Shown in pieces: positions 7,750-16,655 of a stretch of 64,000 bases of DNA. This stretch comes from a virus. The translations under genes were made by a program, and so were the position numbers. The first letter of the stretch is position 1. Each line of letters starts with the position of its first letter. The stretch is from positions 7,601-71,600 of IMG/VR virus record IMGVR_UViG_3300030012_001696; one strand, written 5' to 3'. A model generated the notes under the pieces. The model was given only the letters and a program-made list of their open reading frames with translations. It ran no database searches and was not told the origin of the DNA.

Positions 7750-8570
7750 AGAAAAAGTTTTCGTTTACTCAACGATGTCTAGAGTCGGGTGTATATGCTC
7801 GTTACATAAAACTCAGAAATGAGTATAAAGTCAGAAATGGCGACATTATCTTCGGATAGTGTTTATGTATAAAATTGGAATATCAATTATGGCGTACAGA
7901 TTCTCTCCTCGGTGAAAGCCAGGGTTTATCTAGATGTAATTGACTAGCACGATAGGGGTGTTAGTTGAGTTGGAAACAGCAATAAGAAAATCCAAAAGAT
8001 AATGAGTTAAGTGTCGTTGCGGTACTTGTTATCAGTCAGCATAGGTGAATGTCGTAGAAATACACAATCATCGTAGCTAGGACTACTTAAAACTCTAGAT
8101 AACGACTAGAGACGGTAGGAAGTACTTATACTATTCACTTCTCAAAAGGAAGTGAGGTATATAATTTTGTGCGGTACTTTCACATGACCCTTACTTTGCT
8201 ATAATATACAAACGTATTAACGTAAAAACTAATATCAAGCATATATAACAAAAGGAAAAGTCACAAAACGTTTTAAATCAAAAATGTTCTTGTTGTTGTC
8301 TGAAATACGATAGCTTCTAGTTGCCCCCAAAGCGCTAGAAAATTGACAAACAGCCAAGTTGGTCTAATTAACCATTAGTTGGAGCGGTAGCTTCGGATTG
8401 AGCTTAGTAGTCGGTTAACAGATTAAAACGATAAGAGTGATTAGCTATACTAATTGAACATGACATCGCAGTATGTAGGCAACTATAACTGGATAAAAGA
8501 CTTAAGGGTAGAAATCCGTACGGGTCTCAAGGAGATGTTGGTAAAGGTGTAATCTCAACCTTTGCAATAC
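7750..8570 (+). ncRNA. Large structured non-coding RNA (~820 nt), GOLLD-like in size and style
   Basis: No ORF of 60 aa or more. Many GAAA/UUCG hairpins (7811-24, 7830-41, 7843-62, 7911-20, 7969-80), a multibranch junction closed by 7803-10/7862-69, a stem at 8135-55 and a terminal stem-loop AAAGGT-GTAATCTCA-ACCTTT. Confidence 0.7.
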
Positions 8571-8837
8571 TTACTCAAAGAATTATTTGATGGTATATTA
8601 ATGTGTTGATTTCCCAAAGTATATTTTATACGTTAATATCTACAACATTTGTTAGTGATTGTAGTGTTTTTCGTATTTAACTGAGCAATAGCAAAAAAGC
8701 AGACGGATAGAAACGGCAACAGTTATTATATCTGGATAATGGAAGTGAGGTGATGAGCCGCATTCTAATCACATAAATACTAATGTAGGTTGAGCGTTGT
8801 AGTAAATACAGCGCAATACACCCTTTAAAGAAAGAAG

Positions 8838-9365
8838 GTGAACATGAAAGATTTATTAGCGCCATTTATACAAAGTGGTAGTCAAGGGTATGATACAGCA
8901 TTGAACTCTATGGCTTGGTGTAGAAGAACTAAAGATAAACATGGTAAAACATATTATATGGTAAAGTTTAGCGATAAATATTTATATCATATAACTCTTA
9001 ATGATTACTATGAAGATGCAATGAAAAAGTTTCACATTATGTGGGATGATACTATAATAGTAACAGATGAAGTTAAAGAATATAGAAAACATTATAAAAA
9101 TATACATACTATTCCACGTTATCAAATGTGGAGATTAGATAATAAAAAGTATACAAAAGTATCTTCCTTAAATTTACATGAAGACCAAAATGGTAGACCT
9201 TACTATTTTATACCAAAAACTAAAGTTATTCCATTTAAAACTGATATGAGATTTGTGCTGAAGAAAAATTATTATATATTTCATCAAGATATAAATAAAG
9301 ATGGAACTTTGAAAAATAAAGCGAGATTATGGTTTCCAGTGAAGCCATGGGCGTTTCAACCTTAA
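8838..9365 (+). CDS. Hypothetical protein
   Basis: 175-aa ORF immediately downstream of the RNA-rich region. Confidence 0.7.
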   Translation: MNMKDLLAPFIQSGSQGYDTALNSMAWCRRTKDKHGKTYYMVKFSDKYLYHITLNDYYEDAMKKFHIMWDDTIIVTDEVKEYRKHYKNIHTIPRYQMWRLDNKKYTKVSSLNLHEDQNGRPYYFIPKTKVIPFKTDMRFVLKKNYYIFHQDINKDGTLKNKARLWFPVKPWAFQP

Positions 9366-9374
9366 GGAGTGAAC

Positions 9375-9548
9375 ATGAAAGATACACCTAAACCTTATCA
9401 AGAATACTATTTAAGGATTCAAGATACGGACAACAGAAAAAGTAAAGCAGTATTATCAGCATACGCAAAGTATAGACGTGAAACATTACTTGGTCGTATT
9501 GCAGATAGATTTGATAGATTAATCGATATAATAAGTAAGAGGAGCTAA
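9375..9548 (+). CDS. 57-aa hypothetical protein
   Basis: AAGGAG RBS; MKDTPKPYQEYY... translated by eye. Confidence 0.6.
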   Translation: MKDTPKPYQEYYLRIQDTDNRKSKAVLSAYAKYRRETLLGRIADRFDRLIDIISKRS

Positions 9549-9550
9549 AC

Positions 9551-10171
9551 ATGGGATTCGATTTATATGGTGAGAAACCAATAGAAAATGAGTTTGAACA
9601 TCAAGAAAGATGGGATGAATTATCATCTATGTCTTATGAAGAAAGAGAAGAAAAAAACTTAGATGATGAATATTACACTTTAATGAGCAAATATGAAGAC
9701 ATAAATCCAGGTGCATATTTTAGAAATAATGTATGGTGGTGGAGACCTTTGTGGTCATTTGTTTGTGAAAATTGTGAAGACATATTAACTGAAAAAGATA
9801 TGAATAATGGTTGTTATAACGACGCACATATAATATCTAGAAGAAAAGCCGAAGCAATAGCCGTTAGACTTGAAGAGGTTATCGAATCGGAAGAAACAAA
9901 AATGTGGATTAAAGAACACGAAGATAATTTGCAACAAGCTAAGCGCAACAATAAACAAGTTGAAGCTGAACTAAAAGAACTCAAAAAATTAGTTGAAGTA
10001 GAAACAGGTAATCCTGACATTTACCCAGCTATATATCCAGACAAGTTTAAGAAAAAGTATGATGAAATTTATGATAGAAGAGATTGGGCAAGCAGTTATC
10101 CATTTTCTAAAGATAACGTCATTAACTTTATTAAATTTGCAAGACAATCAGGAGGATTTTCAATATGTTAA
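9551..10171 (+). CDS. Conserved hypothetical phage protein (MGFDLYG...YFRNNVWWWRPLW...SGGFSIC)
   Basis: Recognisable phage-family motif pattern; good RBS. Confidence 0.75.
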   Translation: MGFDLYGEKPIENEFEHQERWDELSSMSYEEREEKNLDDEYYTLMSKYEDINPGAYFRNNVWWWRPLWSFVCENCEDILTEKDMNNGCYNDAHIISRRKAEAIAVRLEEVIESEETKMWIKEHEDNLQQAKRNNKQVEAELKELKKLVEVETGNPDIYPAIYPDKFKKKYDEIYDRRDWASSYPFSKDNVINFIKFARQSGGFSIC

Positions 10172-10419
10172 GAGATAAAACTCAAACATTGCGTATTCTC
10201 GGACATCTAAAAAGACATGGTAACATTACATCTATGGAAGCATTTAAGAAATATAGTGCTACAAGATTAAGTGCAATCATATTTAGATTAAGAGAAGAGG
10301 GTTTTGACATTGATACCAGAAAAGAACACAAAAATAATAAGTCTTTCGGTAGATACGTGTTAGAAGACACTCAAAATAATCTTCAATTACTATACGAGTA
10401 TAGAAGATTGGTAAATTAA
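10165..10419 (+). CDS. Winged helix-turn-helix protein (HTH_39-like)
   Basis: Q..RIL.HL...G.ITS.EA...Y...RLSA.IF.LR..G pattern. Confidence 0.8.
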   Translation: MLRDKTQTLRILGHLKRHGNITSMEAFKKYSATRLSAIIFRLREEGFDIDTRKEHKNNKSFGRYVLEDTQNNLQLLYEYRRLVN

Positions 10420-10540
10420 TATCACCGTATCACCATTGGATACATACACTAAGAAGGAAGGGTTTCGTTTATTGTTTTCCTATTTATGATTTTGCAATCA
10501 ACAATACTCTTTTATCCTTCCTTTTTAGCCTGAATAGGTA

Positions 10541-10569
10541 TTGACTATAACCTGATAAATAGTTATATT
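10541..10569 (+). promoter_or_regulatory. sigma70-type promoter TTGACT-17-TATATT
   Basis: Near-consensus boxes with 17-bp spacing upstream of the recombination operon. Confidence 0.7.
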
Positions 10570-10583
10570 CTTGAGGAGGATTC

Positions 10584-11333
10584 ATGATAGACATACCAAA
10601 AATATATAACGAATACTTGCAACGTAAAAGTGTAGAAAACCGTAAGAAATATAAGAAATATAAAGGATGGTTTTCAGCTAGTAGCGCAGGTAGTTGTTAT
10701 AGAAAACAATTACATAGAAGACAAGACTTAGAGCTTGACCCTATGGATGAAAAGAGTGCTAGACTTCTAAGATTAGGTACATTAGTACACGCTGATTTCG
10801 AAGAAGCACTAAAAGAATTTGACATTGAAGAACGTGTAGACAAACCAGATGAGATTCAAGTACTAACAGAACATAGAATAGAAATACCAGAACTCATGGT
10901 TGTAGGACACTTAGATGTTGGTGTAGTAAACCTAGAAGGTGAAATGATACATGTATATGATATTAAAACCGCAGGTGCTTGGAAATGGCGTATGAAATTT
11001 GGTAGAAATCCAGACAAAAATCCAAGTGTAAACTATGAATTACAATTAGCTACTTATGCGATAGGATTAGGTAATGAAAAAGATATTACTGATTTAAGAC
11101 TATCTATTATGTGGTACAATAAAGACAATTCAATGATGCGTGAAGAAAAGATTAGTGAATTATATCTTGAAGAAGCGTTTGATTATTGGACAGATTTAAA
11201 TGAAACTTCTGATAGTGTTGCAGGTAAACCTGAAGAACTGAATCCAGGTGAACAGAATGTACCAGTATATAATTGGGAATGTAAATATTGTGAGTTTCAG
11301 GGTAAATATTGTCCTGGATTGTATAATATTTAG
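10584..11333 (+). CDS. Cas4-like PD-(D/E)XK exonuclease
   Basis: SAS...C, GHLD, DIKT, QLATY and C-terminal CKYC...C (four-Cys cluster). Confidence 0.85.
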   Translation: MIDIPKIYNEYLQRKSVENRKKYKKYKGWFSASSAGSCYRKQLHRRQDLELDPMDEKSARLLRLGTLVHADFEEALKEFDIEERVDKPDEIQVLTEHRIEIPELMVVGHLDVGVVNLEGEMIHVYDIKTAGAWKWRMKFGRNPDKNPSVNYELQLATYAIGLGNEKDITDLRLSIMWYNKDNSMMREEKISELYLEEAFDYWTDLNETSDSVAGKPEELNPGEQNVPVYNWECKYCEFQGKYCPGLYNI

Positions 11334-11341
11334 GAGAAAAA

Positions 11342-11542
11342 ATGAGCAAAGAAGAAACGCATTGTTGTTTGTGTGAAGGTGTATTAGACGACCCATACGG
11401 ACACAATGCTGAACCAATAATGACAGGTAGATGTTGTAGTATTTGTAATATATCTGCAGTAATACCTATAAGATTAAAACTTTTACAGATTAGTTTAGAT
11501 AAAGATGGAGGAAATAAATCGTGGAAGAAAAAAATAAAGTAA
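11342..11542 (+). CDS. Small zinc-finger protein
   Basis: CCLC...GHNAEP...CCSIC. Confidence 0.7.
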   Translation: MSKEETHCCLCEGVLDDPYGHNAEPIMTGRCCSICNISAVIPIRLKLLQISLDKDGGNKSWKKKIK

Positions 11543-11712
11543 CTAAAGATGAATGGATAGCTTTTCTGGAGGTAAGACAAGATGGACAATATAATATGTT
11601 TAGTCCTCAAGCTAGGGATAGTGCTGGTCTTGATAAAGATAAGTGGAAAGAAATAATGAATAATTTTGATGATTTATATGAAAAATGGGGGGACTTAAAT
11701 GAGTGCGTTTAG
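11521..11712 (+). CDS. Hypothetical protein (DUF5049-like)
   Basis: VRQDGQYNMF motif. Confidence 0.6.
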   Translation: MEEKNKVTKDEWIAFLEVRQDGQYNMFSPQARDSAGLDKDKWKEIMNNFDDLYEKWGDLNECV

Positions 11713-12256
11713 TGTATTAAGTAAAATAGATGTAAGTGAACATACAGAAAAGAAAGGTAAATTTACATATCTTTCTTGGGCTTGGGCTGTAAAAGTATTG
11801 CTAGAAGAGTTTCCCAAAGCTACATGGCAAATACATACTTTTATAGATAATGGTATAGAATCACCTTATATGCGTACTAACGCTGGTTGTTTTGTACAAG
11901 TATCTGTTGAGATAGATAAAGTTATTAGAACTCAAGTACATCCAGTATTAGACCACATGAATAAAAGTGTAGATGAACCTAACGCTTTTCAAATAAACAA
12001 TTCAATACAACGTTGTTTAGCGAAAGCAATAGCATTACACGGATTAGGATTATATATCTATGCTGGTGAAGATTTACCAACTGAGCCTGAAGCGTTAAAT
12101 ACAAAACAAGTAAATGAACTATTTACATTACTTGATGAAATAGATAACGCCCAACTTACTGAGCAAATAAAGAAAGCTGTTGATAGTAAAGAAATAAACG
12201 ATAGCAACTTTAAAGGAGCTATGGCTAAACTAAGGAGGCAACATGAAGTCTCTTAG
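11699..12256 (+). CDS. Sak/Rad52-like ssDNA-annealing protein (DUF1071)
   Basis: TYLSWAWA...QRCLAKAIALHGLGLYIYAGEDLP signature. Confidence 0.9.
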   Translation: MSAFSVLSKIDVSEHTEKKGKFTYLSWAWAVKVLLEEFPKATWQIHTFIDNGIESPYMRTNAGCFVQVSVEIDKVIRTQVHPVLDHMNKSVDEPNAFQINNSIQRCLAKAIALHGLGLYIYAGEDLPTEPEALNTKQVNELFTLLDEIDNAQLTEQIKKAVDSKEINDSNFKGAMAKLRRQHEVS

Positions 12257-12506
12257 TGTGGAAGGCAAAGCAGTTGATTTTAGAGATGATATATACAAAC
12301 TGCACACAAAGTATACAATAGGTGTAAACGATGGCAAGGAGTTTCGTGAAGCTACGTTTACTGGTACTAAGTTATATCACGGTAAACCTATGTTAACATT
12401 TGTAATGTATGGAGGTAGACGTAATGGTCATCTCAACTTAAATATTAATCAAAGCTATCTATCTTATGCGATAGAAGAACCTATGGAGGATAATCAAGAT
12501 GGGTAA
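12243..12506 (+). CDS. Hypothetical protein
   Basis: Coupled ORF with RBS. Confidence 0.6.
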   Translation: MKSLSVEGKAVDFRDDIYKLHTKYTIGVNDGKEFREATFTGTKLYHGKPMLTFVMYGGRRNGHLNLNINQSYLSYAIEEPMEDNQDG

Positions 12507-12774
12507 ATTAAGCGAAGGACAAGCAAAAGACTTGTTAGTTAAAGGTGTCATTGATAAAAGCACTTACAAAAAAATGGAAGACGATGGTATTATCAGCGCA
12601 GGTAGAGGTGTAAAGCGTAGATATATACAAACAGCTGATGGTAATTTTGTATCACCTATGCTGTACTTCTCAGGATTGAAAGGTGCTAAGTACTCAGATG
12701 ACATGAGAAAATTGAAAACGGAAGTAAACCAAGTAATAGAAAAGTTTACTACCACAACTACGGAGAACAAATAA
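12499..12774 (+). CDS. Hypothetical protein
   Basis: Coupled ORF with GGAGG RBS. Confidence 0.6.
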   Translation: MGKLSEGQAKDLLVKGVIDKSTYKKMEDDGIISAGRGVKRRYIQTADGNFVSPMLYFSGLKGAKYSDDMRKLKTEVNQVIEKFTTTTTENK

Positions 12775-12776
12775 AC

Positions 12777-13343
12777 ATGAAAGAAGCTAATATTAACTTT
12801 GTGAATAACGAAGGTTCAGGGTACACACCAGTACCAGAAGCTACATATCCAGCTCACGTATCTTCATTTAAGATGAATGAATACAATGGCAGTTATGTAT
12901 TTAATGTTACGTTTCAGGTAGCAGATGAAGCTAAAAAGCTAAAACTACCTAAACTACGTAAAGATAATAATGATAATCACGTTCCTACAGGTGAATTTAC
13001 TGATGGTACATTCGTTGTAGGTAAAGAGTATAGAACAGATAAAGGCGTATGGCTTACACCTAATCCTTCTGAAGGTGAAGAGTGGAAAAATAAACGCTAT
13101 AAAGAGTTCTTTGAAAAAATGGGCGTATCGTTTCCTAAAAATGAAAGTGGTGTTGTCCAATTAGGTATTGTTGAAGACGATGATGTCTTTGGTTTACCTT
13201 GTTTGATTACTCTAAAAGAAACATCATTCACTAATAAAGATGGTGAAACTAAGAAAGCACTACAAGTAGCTGAAGTTTCTTCTTGGGAAGGTGGTACAAG
13301 AGTATCAAAAGAAGAGTTTGATGCTGATGATTTACCATTTTAG
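12777..13343 (+). CDS. Phage ssDNA-binding protein (DUF669-like)
   Basis: YTPVPEATYPA N-terminus and acidic DDLPF C-terminal tail; adjacent to Sak. Confidence 0.75.
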   Translation: MKEANINFVNNEGSGYTPVPEATYPAHVSSFKMNEYNGSYVFNVTFQVADEAKKLKLPKLRKDNNDNHVPTGEFTDGTFVVGKEYRTDKGVWLTPNPSEGEEWKNKRYKEFFEKMGVSFPKNESGVVQLGIVEDDDVFGLPCLITLKETSFTNKDGETKKALQVAEVSSWEGGTRVSKEEFDADDLPF

Positions 13344-13345
13344 TA

Positions 13346-13374
13346 TTGAATAATTAATACTAATTTATTATATT
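13346..13374 (+). promoter_or_regulatory. sigma70-type promoter TTGAAT-17-TATATT
   Basis: Same GTATTGA...TTATATT frame as the promoter at 10541. Confidence 0.6.
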
Positions 13375-13375
13375 A

Positions 13376-13463
13376 TATGAGGGTTCAGCGTATTGAGATT
13401 AACCAGGATATTCGGTTATCCCTGGTCATGTAAATACAGGTATGGCTACTTAGAGCCCTCGTA
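13376..13463 (+). ncRNA. Structured leader or small RNA
   Basis: 11-bp closing stem 13376-86/13453-63 with G-U pairs, plus an internal ACCAGGATA...TATCCCTGGT hairpin; starts right at the promoter. Confidence 0.45.
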
Positions 13464-13598
13464 TAAAAGGAGGAATCTTGGATAAACTTAAACAAGCACA
13501 AGAATTGTTGCGTGTAAATACTGTTTGGAACAGAATCATACAACGAATAAAGAATAGTTTAGATATTGGTTCTAGTGAAAAAGATTTAATAGACGATA

Positions 13599-13847
13599 TT
13601 GTGCAAATTGAATGGGCGAAGGAAAAACGCAATGAACGAAGCAGTAATAACAATTAAATTAACAGATAGTGAAGTAAACTTAATGGTCGAAACACTAAGA
13701 AATAGCACCTTAAATGGTGAAATGAAAGAGCCGCTACAAAGATTAGAAAGCGATTTAGCTGATATTCTTGATATGGTATCTTTAAAACGAAGAGAACAAA
13801 AACTTATAAATAGTAGGGAGGTTACTATTGGGGAAAACTTATCTTAA
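13599..13847 (+). CDS. Hypothetical protein (start probably MNEAV, 13632)
   Basis: ORF in the operon. Confidence 0.55.
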   Translation: MCKLNGRRKNAMNEAVITIKLTDSEVNLMVETLRNSTLNGEMKEPLQRLESDLADILDMVSLKRREQKLINSREVTIGENLS

Positions 13848-14028
13848 TAAACTAAAACCTGGTTCTAGGTTTAGTCTACATGGTTTACAGGGAATACTAC
13901 TTAACGTAAGTATTAATGCAGAAGTATTGATAACTGAAATACCAAATGATGTATGGCATCAAGAAAACGAGTCTTACTATAAAGGTAGACACACTTGGTC
14001 TGCTAAAACATTAGTGGAGGAGTTATGA
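13828..14028 (+). CDS. Hypothetical protein
   Basis: GGGAGG RBS before a TTG start; coupled. Confidence 0.55.
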   Translation: MGKTYLNKLKPGSRFSLHGLQGILLNVSINAEVLITEIPNDVWHQENESYYKGRHTWSAKTLVEEL

Positions 14029-14456
14029 AATGCGAAGCATGTGGACACGAGAACGGAAGAAAATACAATCCAATAAGGCGTATCATTTCTCTCTTGGAAG
14101 CAAGAGGCGAAACGTTGTGCCAAAAAAGATTGAAACGAATAATAAAAATAATTCGTACACAAATAGTTTCTGATAGTAGTAATCAAAAAACCTTTTATTT
14201 TCTGCAAGCAATATCTAAAATACCTAACGATACTGTAGAAAGAGTACTTGGTAAGTATGAAATGGATGAGCACGCATATACTGGTAAAGGGTTTGCATAT
14301 CTTCAACAGATGATAATATCTGAACATGAAAATGAATCTAAACTATTAGAAAATGAGATTAAAAAGTTTGGTAGAACACCAAAGAAAACTAAAGTTGAGC
14401 GAGGAGAATATAAAAATGTCTATAGTAGCAATGGAGGAGACACTCTTTCCAGTTAA
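14025..14456 (+). CDS. Hypothetical protein with N-terminal CxxC
   Basis: GGAGG RBS; coupled ORF. Confidence 0.6.
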   Translation: MKCEACGHENGRKYNPIRRIISLLEARGETLCQKRLKRIIKIIRTQIVSDSSNQKTFYFLQAISKIPNDTVERVLGKYEMDEHAYTGKGFAYLQQMIISEHENESKLLENEIKKFGRTPKKTKVERGEYKNVYSSNGGDTLSS

Positions 14457-15201
14457 AGAAGTTCCAGCAACCTTTATGAAAGCTGAAGGTAAGAAAAGAA
14501 CTTTAATGACTGAAACAGGGTACAAGTTCATCGTAAGAGAAGATACAGGAGATGTACTATCTTGTATGACTGATGAATATAAAGTAGTTGACAACAAAAC
14601 AGTTGTTAATAAAGTACAAAAAGTATTAAAAGGAAACGGAGTTGAACTAGCTGAAGCAAGAACATTTTCTGGTGGACAACGTTCTATCTGGAAATGGAAT
14701 TTTCCTAATACTGAAGTCAAAGTTGATAAAGGCGACTTGATAAATCCACAATTAATCGTTGCAAATAGTTATGATGGTACAACATCAGTTAATGTAATGG
14801 GTGGTGCATTCAGACTTGTTTGTTTGAATGGTTTGACAATTGGTAATGTTTTAACTAAGAAAAAAGCAGTACATAAGAACAACAATACTGGTATTGTAGA
14901 TATTGATAAGACAATAACTGATACAGTAACTATGTTAGTTCAATTGTTTGAAAAGGAATTTCCTAGACTAACAAGTACTAAACTTAGAAGTAAACATATG
15001 ATAGATATATCTAAAATTATTCCAACACAATATATGGAAGACTTTACAAGATATTGCGTAAACAATAATATGAATACATATTGGGATTTACTAAATGCTT
15101 GTACTTATATCGCAACACACGTTGCACATAGAGATAGAGAGTCTGTACATTTGATGGAAAATCAGATATACCCTACAGTAACAAGATTAGCAAGAGCGTA
15201 G
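14416..15201 (+). CDS. DUF932/DUF945-family protein (start corrected to MSIVAMEE)
   Basis: Y.VVDN, NSYDGT and FRLVCLNGL motifs; GAGGAG RBS before 14416. Confidence 0.85.
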   Translation: MSIVAMEETLFPVKEVPATFMKAEGKKRTLMTETGYKFIVREDTGDVLSCMTDEYKVVDNKTVVNKVQKVLKGNGVELAEARTFSGGQRSIWKWNFPNTEVKVDKGDLINPQLIVANSYDGTTSVNVMGGAFRLVCLNGLTIGNVLTKKKAVHKNNNTGIVDIDKTITDTVTMLVQLFEKEFPRLTSTKLRSKHMIDISKIIPTQYMEDFTRYCVNNNMNTYWDLLNACTYIATHVAHRDRESVHLMENQIYPTVTRLARA

Positions 15202-15499
15202 GTTCCTAAAATGCATAAGGTCCCTGAGATTAGACCACTTGATAGAGACTGGCTACGTTAACCGAAGTCGTATAGAAGTGTAGCACGACCCTCTCTACAA
15301 AGTCTATTCTCTTGCTAGTAATTAGGAGTAGCAATACCTGGTCCAAAATAGGTGAGACTTACTTAAGGTCCATGGAAACCTGAATAGTGGAATATGTGAG
15401 CTACTCCTATAATATATTAATAAGGGCATATAAGGACAGGCGTATATATAGCAATACCTGCAGAGCTGGTCAAATGCGTTTAAGCGTTTGCCCTTATTA
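15188..15499 (+). ncRNA. Three consecutive stem-enclosed RNA domains
   Basis: Perfect 9-11 bp closing stems at 15188-15317, 15323-15409 and 15418-15499; the first contains a pseudoknot. Confidence 0.5.
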
Positions 15500-15516
15500 T
15501 AAAATTTGGAGAAAAT

Positions 15517-15759
15517 ATGAGTTTAAGTTTACATGATAAAAATAATAATCCTTTAAAAGTTGAAAGCAACTTTAAAGAAAGACTAAGCAAACATAAAACT
15601 TTATATGCTTATACAGAAGAGCACGATAGAATTACTGAAGAGTTTGCTGAAAAACACGGTAGAGCATGGTGGATATTTTGTGGAGTATCAGTAGTAGAAA
15701 AATATAAAGACCAATGGATTAACCAGTATAGAGTTTTAGATGGAGAAACAAATGAGTAA
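15517..15759 (+). CDS. Hypothetical protein
   Basis: GGAG RBS. Confidence 0.6.
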   Translation: MSLSLHDKNNNPLKVESNFKERLSKHKTLYAYTEEHDRITEEFAEKHGRAWWIFCGVSVVEKYKDQWINQYRVLDGETNE

Positions 15760-16003
15760 AAAAGATATGGATGAGATGTGGGTATGCGATTATTGCGGTA
15801 CAGAAGAAGTAGATGAAAAAGCGTGGGTTAATATGAATAGTATGGAAGTTACAGAACCTGTTGATGATACTTACTATTGGTGTAATTGCTGTAATGAAGA
15901 AGTACATCCAATGTATTACCCTGAATGGCAAGAAAAGATTATTGAAGAATGCGGAGGCAATAAAGACAAGTATGATAAAATAATGGATGGGAGCAGAATG
16001 TAA
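15740..16003 (+). CDS. Small zinc-ribbon protein
   Basis: CDYCG...WCNCC. Confidence 0.65.
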   Translation: MEKQMSKKDMDEMWVCDYCGTEEVDEKAWVNMNSMEVTEPVDDTYYWCNCCNEEVHPMYYPEWQEKIIEECGGNKDKYDKIMDGSRM

Positions 16004-16305
16004 TGGGTTATTACAAAAAATTGGAAATAGAAAAAATGGATAACTACAAGTTAAGAGAATCTGAAGACTTTGAAGATGGAGTAGATAGGTATCCTATGGA
16101 ACATGTACCTACAAAAGAAGAAATAGAAGATACTAAGCAAGAACTTTATAAAGAAGACCATCTTAGAAAAGATTTTGTGTGGAGTATTAAACACGAAAAA
16201 CACTTGAATAAAAATAATATAATCTTCCATACTAATAAATATCAAAAACTTTACCAAAAGATGAAAAAAGTTGATGATAAATTGAAGGAGCATAGAGATG
16301 AGTGA
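16003..16305 (+). CDS. Hypothetical protein
   Basis: TAATG coupling. Confidence 0.55.
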   Translation: MGYYKKLEIEKMDNYKLRESEDFEDGVDRYPMEHVPTKEEIEDTKQELYKEDHLRKDFVWSIKHEKHLNKNNIIFHTNKYQKLYQKMKKVDDKLKEHRDE

Positions 16306-16430
16306 CGCTGAAAAAGCATTTGATTTACAAGAAAAAATAGCAAAGTTAATAGATAAATTAAATGAGCTTGGATTTGAGTATATGTATTATAACAATATAA
16401 GCTCAATAAGAAGAAAGAGGAAAAACTAAC

Positions 16431-16655
16431 ATGATGAAATTTATAAGTATACCTGTATATAGTAGTACAGATGAAGAAACTGGAGTAACGCATTACGATA
16501 CAGATGCTATGCGTGAAAAGTTTGAAGAAGAAATGATATTGTTGGAAAGCTCTACACAAGCAGAACTTGATGGATGGGCTGACAAACAAGCAGATTATGC
16601 TATGGATAATATGACTAGCGACATATATGACCAAGCAATGGAGGTATTTGAATGA
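16431..16655 (+). CDS. Acidic hypothetical protein
   Basis: ORF with RBS. Confidence 0.55.
   Translation: MMKFISIPVYSSTDEETGVTHYDTDAMREKFEEEMILLESSTQAELDGWADKQADYAMDNMTSDIYDQAMEVFE

Noticed and set aside
6945-8837. tRNA, tmRNA or group I/II intron
   Set aside because: I saw no cloverleaf with T-loop GTTCRA/CCA, no interrupted host gene, and no recognisable P7 or domain V motif.
8677-8865. 62-aa minus-strand ORF
   Set aside because: Antisense to the early arm, lacks an RBS and has atypical composition; probably spurious.
10584-11333. CRISPR-Cas adaptation gene (Cas4)
   Set aside because: There is no cas1/cas2 or repeat-spacer array. The context (Sak, SSB) indicates a phage recombination exonuclease.
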